DNA of 64,000 nucleotides from a virus (Duplodnaviria; Caudoviricetes): IMG/VR virus record IMGVR_UViG_3300028601_000022, positions 78,807 to 142,806 of that record; one strand, 5' to 3'. Shown piece by piece: positions 1 to 8,540 of this stretch (position 1 is its first letter; each line of letters starts with the position of its first letter). The notes under the pieces were generated by a model. It saw only the letters and a program-made list of their open reading frames with translations, ran no database searches and was not told where the DNA came from. The position numbers and the translations under genes were made by a program.

Positions 1-553
1 GCGAAACGTCCGGATTGTTGATGGCCTCAATGTCGGCTACGCTGTAGGGGGAGTAAGAAATAAGGTAGTCCTCAGGGTACACAACCCCGCCTGACGGAAC
101 AGCCGGTATATGTATAGCCCTGCGCTGCCTTCGATTGCGATAGTATTCCCGCTCTATAGCTAGTGAGGCCTTGGTAAAGCGTGCCTGGTCGAGAAGTTCC
201 TTCTTCTCTAGCCTCGTTGCGTTGAGGTCATCAAAGGCTGCCTGCAAAAAGGCCGGCACATTAGACGGTACGCCAGTAGGGGCAACCGGTGCATCTACCA
301 CTCGGGTACCGGCCAGTGCTGGGTCATCAGTCAACACGAGGGGCTCACCGGAGTTGATTGCGTCAACCATCCAGTCTTCCAGGGGCTTCATGTTAGCCGG
401 GTCGTCAGGCTTAGGGAGGACGGCAGATTTTGGCGGTTCTTTCTTTTGGTTAAGAATGTCGTCCTCCCGACCGGTCTGTATCGTAAGAACCTTTTCGGGT
501 TTATGTGGTTTGGGAGGCTCTTTGAATTGACGGTTTACACGCTCACTGCTCAT
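1..553 (-). CDS. hypothetical protein, partial (runs off window start)
   Basis: ATG at 553 with GGAG upstream, just after the cysC stop; open frame MSSERVNRQFKEPPKPHKPE... to position 1 (translated by hand). Confidence 0.6.
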   Translation of the reverse strand, partial: MSSERVNRQFKEPPKPHKPEKVLTIQTGREDDILNQKKEPPKSAVLPKPDDPANMKPLEDWMVDAINSGEPLVLTDDPALAGTRVVDAPVAPTGVPSNVPAFLQAAFDDLNATRLEKKELLDQARFTKASLAIEREYYRNRRQRRAIHIPAVPSGGVVYPEDYLISYSPYSVADIEAINNPDVS

Positions 554-561
554 TGTTGCTC

Positions 562-1089
562 CTAAAGGTCTTCCTTGCGAACGTAGCCACGCGCTAGTGT
601 AACCAGGTCGCTCATGGAAGAAGTAGCGGTGCTAAGGTTAAGGGACGCTTCCTCGTCCTTGCCAAGAGGCTCGAACTCTTGATGCACCCCAGTGAGGCAG
701 TCTGCATTCTTTCCGTACAGACCCTTGCTGTCACGGGCAGCGCACACGTCCAACGGTGTGGAGATGTATATGAGGCGGAATTTATCCTCACCAATAATAC
801 TTTGTGCTGCCTGCCGCATAGACTTCATTGGCGTAATCATGGACACAACGCACGATATGCCCTGGTCATTGCACAACTTGCAGATACCAGCAACCCGTCG
901 GACGTTTTCAAGCCGGTCTTCCAGGGAAAATCCCAGGTCAGAACAGATGCTTTGGCGGATAACATCACCGTCAAGGTGAAGGTAAGGCATCCGCATTTTA
1001 GTGATAATTTCCTTGGCAAAAGTGGTCTTTCCGGCTCCTGACAAACCGAATATCCAGACCGTCCGCACCTTACTCGCGTTTACGCACAT
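562..1089 (-). CDS. cysC: adenylyl-sulfate (APS) kinase
   Basis: P-loop GLSGAGKTT, LDGDVIR, LGFSLEDRLENVRR, CAARDSKGLY, TGVHQEFE; GGAGG RBS. Confidence 0.93.
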   Translation of the reverse strand: MCVNASKVRTVWIFGLSGAGKTTFAKEIITKMRMPYLHLDGDVIRQSICSDLGFSLEDRLENVRRVAGICKLCNDQGISCVVSMITPMKSMRQAAQSIIGEDKFRLIYISTPLDVCAARDSKGLYGKNADCLTGVHQEFEPLGKDEEASLNLSTATSSMSDLVTLARGYVRKEDL

Positions 1090-1101
1090 TTAATCCTCCA
1101 T

Positions 1102-1245
1102 TCAATACGTTACATCTGAATCGGCAGGATATACCCGCCCACACTTGATGCACTCCACTATCCTCTTTTTAGCCATGAAAATCTTAGGTTCAGTAGGGCT
1201 ACCCAGTACGGTCGCCGCAGCAGATGTAGAAGAACCTCCGCTCAT
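1102..1245 (-). CDS. small protein with CxxC motif
   Basis: ATG 1245 after AAGGAGG; ECIKCGR motif. Confidence 0.5.
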   Translation of the reverse strand: MSGGSSTSAAATVLGSPTEPKIFMAKKRIVECIKCGRVYPADSDVTY

Positions 1246-1300
1246 TATAGCCTCCTTTAGGTAACCTATCTTCATATACTTAAACGTCATTTAGGATATT

Positions 1301-1406
1301 GGAACAAAACGTGTGTATTGACACGCGCAGCGAAAATATAACCCAATAGGAACGCCTACGGGTGCCCTATGGTGTGTCCAGGGTACTCATAGGCGCTCCT
1401 ATTTCC
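1301..1406 (-). repeat. dispersed intergenic hairpin element, copy C (inverted)
   Basis: reverse complement GGAGCGCCTATGAGTACCCTG...CGTAGGCGTTCC...GCGTGTCAATACAC matches copies at 22590 and 45633. Confidence 0.75.
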
Positions 1407-1413
1407 TAGTTTT

Positions 1414-1566
1414 TCAACGGCCTGGTCTATTGGTAATCACCCTGCAACCGGCGTTTTGCTGCGGCATCCAGTACCTCATAGCACTTGCAGAAACGGGTAC
1501 CCGTGATATTACCCTACGAGGAAACACGGTAGAAAATGCCTTGGTATTAGGCGGAGTATAAGACAT
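1414..1566 (-). CDS. possible 50-aa ORF (MSYTPPNTKAF...)
   Basis: fills the intergenic gap; GAGGAG sits very close to the ATG; no recognisable motif. Confidence 0.3.
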   Translation of the reverse strand: MSYTPPNTKAFSTVFPRRVISRVPVSASAMRYWMPQQNAGCRVITNRPGR

Positions 1567-1619
1567 TCTCCTCGAAGGGTGGCGTTTCAAGAAGGGAAGA
1601 GGCCGGACACGCCCGTAAC

Positions 1620-2525
1620 CTACGCCTTTAGCTCAAGGAAGGCTACAACGTCTTCCCTCAGCGTGTTATCCGAATCTATGTAGCCGCAGCACTTCTTTGT
1701 GCAGGGCCCCTGGCGAAGGCAGGTATTGTTCTGCTTGTGACGGTCACCCATGTGCAGCCAGGTTTCATCATCCAAGGTGTAATACAGGTTGGTAGAATGC
1801 TGGCTAACACTCAACAGCGTATTGAGGTCAATGTCGCCTGAGCTATCGGCCTTTTCAAGAAGCCGAAAGAAGTCCGCCCGCTTAGGGAAGAATCCGGGAA
1901 GGTTATCTTCCATGTCGGCCTTGTCTTTGAACTTAATGAAAGGAACATACGGTGTGTTGAAGTCCACCCTACAGCCCCATTTTTCCTCGAACCCCTTCAC
2001 TGTGAACTCACCCTTGAGGTAAGAATCAATGAATGCCTGGGTCATAATGATTTCCACATGCAGGGGTATTTCAGGATACAGGTCATGAAGGATCTTGACG
2101 TTCTCCTCCCAATGCTTCCGCGTTACCGGATTGAATCGGTATGCCGTATCCCAAGAGGTGCAGAGGAGGAATCTGTTAGCTACACCGAAGAACCGCAGCA
2201 ACCCGCAGGCATGAAGCAGCCTGGTTTCATCGCCGTACATAAGGGACGTGCAAATAAGACCACGCTCGGTATGGCCGTACTTTATTCGGTATGCAATGGA
2301 TACCAGAAGGTCTTCAAAGGCCCACTGAATCTTCCGTGATTCAAGTTGGCCGTCAAAGAACTCGCCGCCAATGAGGGAGATAGAGTCGCAGTTACCTACT
2401 TCCTCTATCTTCTCCTTAGCAAAGCGCAATGATTCCAACTTATCCCTGACGTGTGGTATATCACGGTTACAGCAGAATGGGCAGTTGTGCCTGCAGTCCT
2501 TCCACAGTTCAAATTGAAGAAACAT
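1620..2525 (-). CDS. radical SAM-like protein, paralog 1
   Basis: CRHNCPFC (CX3CX2C), GGE, TSWDTAYRF, FFPKRADF, Cys-rich C-terminus with GYIDSD. Confidence 0.82.
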   Translation of the reverse strand: MFLQFELWKDCRHNCPFCCNRDIPHVRDKLESLRFAKEKIEEVGNCDSISLIGGEFFDGQLESRKIQWAFEDLLVSIAYRIKYGHTERGLICTSLMYGDETRLLHACGLLRFFGVANRFLLCTSWDTAYRFNPVTRKHWEENVKILHDLYPEIPLHVEIIMTQAFIDSYLKGEFTVKGFEEKWGCRVDFNTPYVPFIKFKDKADMEDNLPGFFPKRADFFRLLEKADSSGDIDLNTLLSVSQHSTNLYYTLDDETWLHMGDRHKQNNTCLRQGPCTKKCCGYIDSDNTLREDVVAFLELKA

Positions 2526-2533
2526 GAGGCCTC

Positions 2534-3433
2534 CTAAAAGAAGTCTTCCTCCTCAAGGAGGAGATAGGGGAACTTGCCCATATCACCAATGACCAGGGTA
2601 TCCACGCCGCCCACATTGTGGACATGCTGCGTAAGATAGTGGTTATTGATGTATCGGCCAATAGCAGACAGGAAACGCGCATAGTCTGCATGATATTTCA
2701 TCTCGGCACAGAACATTCCCCGAACCATGTCAGGGTCGGAAGAACCTGCGCAGTCACAACCAATAGACAGGGCAAAGTTGCCGCGGGTGGCTTGACGGTA
2801 GTTGTACAGGTCACCCTGCTTGTGGGTGACGGTAAACAGGTCAATTTCGCTGACCTGTGTTACGCACTTTACCGAGCCGTCCGTGTTTGTTCCGTAGGAG
2901 AACAAGTCCATGTAGAATCCGGGCTTGATGCACACAGGGTTGTCCGAGTTGCGGATGCTGGACAGCACCAGGCGAAAGTCAAGGTCAGTGTGGACTTCAA
3001 ACACCTCGAATATGTCACCGCTTTCCGTGGTCACAATGAGCAGGTCGTCAAACTGACCGCCGAATACCTTGCTACGGATTCCTATAAAGAGGAGCTTGGT
3101 AAGCCCTTGGCCTGGCTGCTGCGGATTAACATCCTTTACTGCCCTGGCCTTAGCAGGAAGCAGCCCCTTACTGTCGATGGTATCCAGCATTTCCCTGATG
3201 ATAATGGTGTTTTCTTCCACATTGGGAATAGCATCGGCATCGAAATTGTGGTCGTTGAAGACCTGCTGGACTACGGCAAGAACAGGCTTGTTCATCACAA
3301 TCTTATAGAGGAAGTCCAGGGGAATTTCCCCGGATATAGTATTCTTGGAAAGAGAGCTTTCAACGGCAAAAAGGTTACTGTAGCCTTTAGCCGCAATAGC
3401 AGCCTTTATCTGGTCAAGGGTAGGTACTTTCAT
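2534..3433 (-). CDS. hypothetical protein; C-terminal half resembles a degenerate L,D-transpeptidase-like phage domain
   Basis: GIR...FDDLLIV, PGFY, FPYLLLEEED pattern; the catalytic His/Cys equivalents are not apparent. Confidence 0.4.
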   Translation of the reverse strand: MKVPTLDQIKAAIAAKGYSNLFAVESSLSKNTISGEIPLDFLYKIVMNKPVLAVVQQVFNDHNFDADAIPNVEENTIIIREMLDTIDSKGLLPAKARAVKDVNPQQPGQGLTKLLFIGIRSKVFGGQFDDLLIVTTESGDIFEVFEVHTDLDFRLVLSSIRNSDNPVCIKPGFYMDLFSYGTNTDGSVKCVTQVSEIDLFTVTHKQGDLYNYRQATRGNFALSIGCDCAGSSDPDMVRGMFCAEMKYHADYARFLSAIGRYINNHYLTQHVHNVGGVDTLVIGDMGKFPYLLLEEEDFF

Positions 3434-3453
3434 GTATTCCTCCGAATTACGGT

Positions 3454-4380
3454 TTAGGACATAAGGAGCTTGTCACAAAGCATGCAGGCTTCGGAATCAA
3501 TGTAACCGGCATACGGGAAAGGGTGGCCACAAGGGAGAAAAGTTTCTGAGGCTATTTCGTAGCGCGTGTCTTTTTCCCTGTATTCAGGAACATCCGTGCC
3601 GGAGCGAAGTAGCGTATCCGCACGGAAGTGGATGTTGCATATTTTGTCAAAGACGTAGCATTCTTCCTCGGTGGACACCTTTGCAAGAAACTTGAGGAAG
3701 TCCTTGCGCTTTACAAAAAAGCCAGGCACCCGACGCTCCATTTCATTCTTGTCCTTGTACAGGCCCTTGATAAGGTGAGGCGGTTTGAAGAACAGCTGGG
3801 TATTGTAGGTATCCATGAAGTCATGGAAGTGAAGTTCACTGTTCAGGTAGCGTTCGATAGCATGCTGCGTGAGGATGATTGTGGTGTTGCAGCGGATGTT
3901 GGGATAGTTGGTCTTTATGTTGACCATGTTCTGCTTCCACGTCTCTTCCGACTTAGGCTTGTGAAAACGCCCGATGGTGTCGTAAGAGGTGATAATCCAG
4001 AATCCTCCTGTCTTGGACACGGGGACAACGTCCTTAAACATGTCCAGCACTTCACACAGAACGGCACTTTCTTCCGTAAGGGCAGCACTCAACCAAGCAC
4101 CCTCAAGCTTGCCAGCAAGAATGAGGTCTTTTGTAAGCTGGAGCAGGCGGAAGAACTGGTCGCGTATTTCAGGCGTATTGAGTTGCCCCTGCATGAACTC
4201 GCCGCCAATGAAGGCCACGTTGGTGTAATCCTTCATATCACCGGCGAGGAGAAAAGCTTCGGCTCTGTCCATTTCGCGCTTTTTGTCTGCGTCTTCCGTT
4301 TTCCGAATGCGCTTGTTAAGGTAGCAGAACTTGCACCCTACGTTACACTCCGGCCACAACTCAAACTGAATAGCTTTCAT
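3454..4380 (-). CDS. radical SAM-like protein, paralog 2
   Basis: QFELWPECNVGCKFC, GGE, TSYDTIGRF, ILTQ, KRKDF, PCGH...GYIDSEACMLCD. Confidence 0.85.
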   Translation of the reverse strand: MKAIQFELWPECNVGCKFCYLNKRIRKTEDADKKREMDRAEAFLLAGDMKDYTNVAFIGGEFMQGQLNTPEIRDQFFRLLQLTKDLILAGKLEGAWLSAALTEESAVLCEVLDMFKDVVPVSKTGGFWIITSYDTIGRFHKPKSEETWKQNMVNIKTNYPNIRCNTTIILTQHAIERYLNSELHFHDFMDTYNTQLFFKPPHLIKGLYKDKNEMERRVPGFFVKRKDFLKFLAKVSTEEECYVFDKICNIHFRADTLLRSGTDVPEYREKDTRYEIASETFLPCGHPFPYAGYIDSEACMLCDKLLMS

Positions 4381-4388
4381 ATAGGCTC

Positions 4389-5891
4389 CTACAGGGAGGT
4401 ATCGGTAACGTCAATGTAAAAGAACCGACCACCCTGAACAAAGATAAGATGAATAGGAGTACCAGCAACGAACCTGCAAGCCTCGTCCAGCGTTTCGCAT
4501 ATGGGCTCTCCTCTACCATTCAGGCTTGTGTTAAGCAAGATAGGCAGATTGTAGTTCTCCATAAAGTGGTACAGTGTGGCATTCTCAGGAACGTCAAACA
4601 GAACCTGAGGTCTGGATGTTCCGTCTTGTGCCACTATAGACGGGTACTTGCGCTGATACCACGGTCGCACGTCCTCAGTAGCAAGCATGTAACGATGCAG
4701 GTTATGGGGTTCATCCACTGCAAAGACCTTCGGGAAGAAGGTATCAAGAATGACAGGAGCAAACGGACGCCAGGACTCGCGTTCCTTGAGGCCATTAACG
4801 TATTGTGCCATCCACGGGAAAGACGGATTGGCAAGAAGGCTTCTATGGCCCAGTGCGCGTGGGCCGTATTCACTGCCTCCCTCAAACCAAGCAACCACAT
4901 CACCGTGATTCAGCCATTCTGCAATGATTGGAGCTTCAATTTCTACATACTCATGGTTAGTTGGGAGGCTATACTTGCGGGAGTTGTAAGTAAGCGTACC
5001 GTTGACCTCGAGACCCTCTTCAAGGTGCGCTCTGCCAAGCATAAGGCCGGCATCAGTGCAAAGGGGAGGAACATAGAAGTTCTTCCACATTCCAAGCCGT
5101 GCTATCTTGCCGTTAAGGGTGCAGTTAAGGCCACACCCGCCTGTGATTATGAGGTTCTTGCTGGGCAGCTGCTTCATAAACTGAAGGAGGCTAAAAACGC
5201 TCCTCTCAAAGATGTGCTGCGTGTAACCGGCAACCCGGGTATAGTCGAACGTAAGTGTATCCGTTTGGGGCAGACCGAACTTCCGTTGGAAGATATCCTG
5301 TAGACCTGCAACAGGTTCAACCGTACTGCTAAGGTTGCCAGTGTTAGGGCTTACTGTAATGATGCCTTCCTTGTCTGCCCGAAAGTCCTCGTTGCAGTAG
5401 GTAGCAAGACCCATAACCTTACCGGCATGGCAAGTGCCTTCAAATGGGCTATTAGCACTCAACCCGCAGTGCTTTGCGGCAATGGAGAACATGCGACCAA
5501 GGGAGTATTCAGCAGAATAGCGGCGAACGGTATCGAACTTGGTTCCATTCGCCGTAAAGATACCGATAGCGTATTCGTTGTTTTCGTCGCACCCGTCAAT
5601 AACAAGGATTGAGGCATCTTCAAATCCAGATTGAATGAAGGCACTCACTGCATGATACAGGTGGTGATTGTCACCATCACCGCAGTCTTTTGCAGGAGTG
5701 CCATCACTATCGGAATGATACGGGGTAGTTGTTTCAAGGTCGAGCTTGGAGGCAATATCTGCGCACCAAGCCCGTGCCTTACCGTGGTCTTGCTTGTCTT
5801 TCTTCCTCGTCAATCGTTCCTCCTCTATCATTGCAAGGAGTACGCCAGAATCAACGAGGCAGGATGCCATGCTAGAGGAGTATATGTTCAC
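4389..5891 (-). CDS. O-carbamoyltransferase (NodU/CmcH/TobZ family)
   Basis: EEERLTR, HHLYHA, IDG, GKVMGLA, GGCGLNC, EYGPRALGHRSLLA, RESWRPFAP, LLNTSLN; GTG start at 5891 after GGAGG. Confidence 0.92.
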   Translation of the reverse strand: MNIYSSSMASCLVDSGVLLAMIEEERLTRKKDKQDHGKARAWCADIASKLDLETTTPYHSDSDGTPAKDCGDGDNHHLYHAVSAFIQSGFEDASILVIDGCDENNEYAIGIFTANGTKFDTVRRYSAEYSLGRMFSIAAKHCGLSANSPFEGTCHAGKVMGLATYCNEDFRADKEGIITVSPNTGNLSSTVEPVAGLQDIFQRKFGLPQTDTLTFDYTRVAGYTQHIFERSVFSLLQFMKQLPSKNLIITGGCGLNCTLNGKIARLGMWKNFYVPPLCTDAGLMLGRAHLEEGLEVNGTLTYNSRKYSLPTNHEYVEIEAPIIAEWLNHGDVVAWFEGGSEYGPRALGHRSLLANPSFPWMAQYVNGLKERESWRPFAPVILDTFFPKVFAVDEPHNLHRYMLATEDVRPWYQRKYPSIVAQDGTSRPQVLFDVPENATLYHFMENYNLPILLNTSLNGRGEPICETLDEACRFVAGTPIHLIFVQGGRFFYIDVTDTSL

Positions 5892-5893
5892 GA

Positions 5894-6829
5894 TTATTTT
5901 CCTCCGAAGCTTGTCATGCAAAGAATGTCGCACAGCATGCACTTAGGGCTGTCAGAGTAGCACCTGTACAGTTCCGAGTGCCCGCAGTCCATAAGGACTT
6001 CCTTACCGTCCGCAAGAACAGGCTTCTGGTCATTTGTGCCGTAGCGATTGTGAAGGCCACCGTACTTGTAGATGCCAGAGTGATAAGAGGAAGAAACCGT
6101 GTCCATGTATATCTTATGGTGAGTCTTCTCCAGATAGAGGAGGAAGTTGAGGAAGTCCCTGCGCTTGAAGAAAAAGTCGGTAAGCTGCTTTCCTGTATGA
6201 ACCGGGTGAGGGTACAAGAATACCAGGGAGCAGCCGGGTATTTCTTCATCCAGGAAACGCTGAATGCTGAATTTGCCGCTGAATACCTGGTCAATGACGT
6301 GCTGTGTAAGAATCATTTGCACACCCACGCCGTAGTTGTAACGGTCACGGAAGGCCAGGATATTCTTCAGCGCAAGCAAGCGCATTTCTTCCGTCTTGTA
6401 CCTGTATTTCAGGTCGTAGGAGAAGTTCACGTCAAGGACTTTGGAGGTACATTCCTCAACGATGCGGTCGCAAACACGATAGAGAAACGAGGGCTCATAC
6501 ATGCCATTGGTGACAGTAGAGTAGCGGCAGCGCGGGTTCTTGGAAACCTTCAGCACCTTCTCTATGATGTCCTCTATGAGGAGCATGAACTCATCCTCAT
6601 AGATAGGGTTACGGTAGCCGTAAACCTCACCGCCCAGCAAAGATATACCGTGGGAGAACTTGCCAGCCCAGTCAACGTAGTTGAGGTTATCGCGTATGTT
6701 CCGCACGTGGGTGATTATTTGCTGCAAGGACCGGTCTTGCCGGTCCAAGCGCAAACAGAAGTCGCAATTGCCAGTGCAGTTGGGAAGGACACCATACTGC
6801 ACACAGTATCCGTCAGGGCCAGAACTCAT
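5894..6829 (-). CDS. radical SAM-like protein, paralog 3
   Basis: CTGNCDFC, GGE, TNG, SYDLKYRY, ILTQ, KRRDF, DCGH...CYSDSPKCMLCD. Confidence 0.85.
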   Translation of the reverse strand: MSSGPDGYCVQYGVLPNCTGNCDFCLRLDRQDRSLQQIITHVRNIRDNLNYVDWAGKFSHGISLLGGEVYGYRNPIYEDEFMLLIEDIIEKVLKVSKNPRCRYSTVTNGMYEPSFLYRVCDRIVEECTSKVLDVNFSYDLKYRYKTEEMRLLALKNILAFRDRYNYGVGVQMILTQHVIDQVFSGKFSIQRFLDEEIPGCSLVFLYPHPVHTGKQLTDFFFKRRDFLNFLLYLEKTHHKIYMDTVSSSYHSGIYKYGGLHNRYGTNDQKPVLADGKEVLMDCGHSELYRCYSDSPKCMLCDILCMTSFGGK

Positions 6830-7782
6830 AGCCGGGCTCCCCCTTCAGTATCCAGCATTTTGAGGATGTCGCATGCGTAGCATTCATCCGAATCGGCATA
6901 ACTGCGGCAGTACACAAAGTGGCCGCAAGGAGCAAGCAGGTCAAGGTCGTGGCTAGTGTGGTTCTTTACATCACGCCACACCGTCATGTCCTGGATTGGT
7001 CGGTACACGTTCGTAGCACGCCGCCCTGACTGGTCTGCAAAGCGACGCCACAGGGGGAAGTTGTTCTTCATAAGAAAGAAGCAGAAAGCCACGAACGAAG
7101 ACCGCTTCGGAAGGAAGTCTGCCGGAAGCATAAGGCTGTGCCTGTCGCCAATTGTACCGATAAGGTCAAGCAAGCGACCAGGGAATACCTTGAGCATGCG
7201 CACGATTCGCTTGTCGCCGCCCATGTAGGCGTCGATAAGGAACTGCGACAGGATGGTGGTACAGTGGACTTTGCAGCCTGTACGCTTTACCTTGCCCAGG
7301 TTAATCCACCATTCGCGCTCGTTGGCTTTCGTGAAGCGGTACTTTATGTCATAGCTTGTGCCGACCATAACACGGTCAATGAAGCCTGCCGCTTTGAACT
7401 TTTCCAGAGTAAACTGGAGCAACGAGTCTTCATACTTGAATTTGAGGCTCGTGATGGGATACAGCTTTTTGAGCTTATCCTCCTTCATAAGGAGAATAAG
7501 CTCATCCAGGAGCCTTTCATAGGTAGGGAGCCATTCCTGGTCGTAACCATTCATAATCTCCCCACCCTGAAAGGACACCTCGTCAAACTGGTTCCAGTCG
7601 ATAGTGGGCAGGTGGCCCAGAATCTGCTCCAGAATGTCTTTCTTTTCAGCGGGTGAGCGGAACCGCTCAGGGTCGCAGGTATTGTCGCCATTAGCCGTAT
7701 AGGCTAGGGAGCAGAATGCGCACCTGTTCTCTCTGCATTCATTCCAGAACTCAAACTGGATGATTTCCTTGTCCTTTTTCAT
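6826..7782 (-). CDS. radical SAM-like protein, paralog 4 (CX4CX2C variant)
   Basis: QFEFWNECRENRCAFC, GGE, TSYDIKYRF, ILSQ, PKRSSF, PCGH...SYADSDECYACD; 4-nt overlap with paralog 3. Confidence 0.8.
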   Translation of the reverse strand: MKKDKEIIQFEFWNECRENRCAFCSLAYTANGDNTCDPERFRSPAEKKDILEQILGHLPTIDWNQFDEVSFQGGEIMNGYDQEWLPTYERLLDELILLMKEDKLKKLYPITSLKFKYEDSLLQFTLEKFKAAGFIDRVMVGTSYDIKYRFTKANEREWWINLGKVKRTGCKVHCTTILSQFLIDAYMGGDKRIVRMLKVFPGRLLDLIGTIGDRHSLMLPADFLPKRSSFVAFCFFLMKNNFPLWRRFADQSGRRATNVYRPIQDMTVWRDVKNHTSHDLDLLAPCGHFVYCRSYADSDECYACDILKMLDTEGGARL

Positions 7783-7794
7783 ATTCCCCTCGGT

Positions 7795-8475
7795 CTATGC
7801 TACAAGATTATACCAGGCGATGTAGGAGCAGGAGCTTGAAGAACTGGAAGAGCAGGAACTGGAAGAACTCGAGGAGCACGAGGAGCTGGACGAGCTGGAC
7901 GAGCAAGACGAGCAAGTAACTGCCATCGCGCCCCAACTGACAGAGCAGGGGGCGGCTTTGTATGCGTCGATGCCGTCCTTCAAAGCAGCCAACATGCCGG
8001 TAATGTCAGAAGCCTTGATGGGCTCAAGTTCCGACGGCTCCGTGATTGCAGGAAGGGGATTGTTCACAAAGCAGCGCGAAGTGAGGCCATTCGTGGGGTT
8101 TGTAACCACCACAAAGCGCACCGAAGTGTAGGTGGCCAGGCATGTAAGGAAGTGAATCAGACCCTTCAGAGTGATAAGGTTGTCCATCTTGGACGCAAAC
8201 CCGTTTTCATTGATGAAGGTGTTCCATGCCGCAGTGAATGCCGCTGTGGTAACGATGGGTGGGCGGCCAGAGAAGTTAATGTCCAACCTGGCAGCGGCAG
8301 CCTTCAACTGGCCAGTAACCGTAACGGTACGGCCAGTGAAGCTGGGGTCTGTGATATTGCCTTTGTAAACGTCAAGGTTGTCGATAGAGGTCTTGAGGGT
8401 TTCAAAAGCCTCATTAACAACCTGTCCAAACGTAATAACTGCACCGGGTAAAATAGCCATAAGCTCAATCTCCAT
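7795..8475 (-). CDS. protein with C-terminal Cys/poly-Ser tail; candidate substrate of the rSAM cluster
   Basis: ends CSSCSSSSSSSSCSSSSSSSCSSSSSSSCSYIAWYNLVA; lies immediately upstream of the rSAM run. Confidence 0.8.
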   Translation of the reverse strand: MEIELMAILPGAVITFGQVVNEAFETLKTSIDNLDVYKGNITDPSFTGRTVTVTGQLKAAAARLDINFSGRPPIVTTAAFTAAWNTFINENGFASKMDNLITLKGLIHFLTCLATYTSVRFVVVTNPTNGLTSRCFVNNPLPAITEPSELEPIKASDITGMLAALKDGIDAYKAAPCSVSWGAMAVTCSSCSSSSSSSSCSSSSSSSCSSSSSSSCSYIAWYNLVA

Positions 8476-8540
8476 GTAGTAACGGGACTTCTCCTAGAAA
8501 GAAGCCCCGCACGTTTTGTTTTCAGAGGCCAAAGCCGTTT

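Noticed and set aside
1318-1342. TTGACA...TATAAC as a sigma70 promoter
   Set aside because: Spacer is only 13 nt and the -10 is absent in the other two repeat copies.
2618-7656. Long plus-strand ORFs antisense to the rSAM cluster
   Set aside because: No motifs or convincing RBS; codon-bias shadows of the real minus-strand genes.
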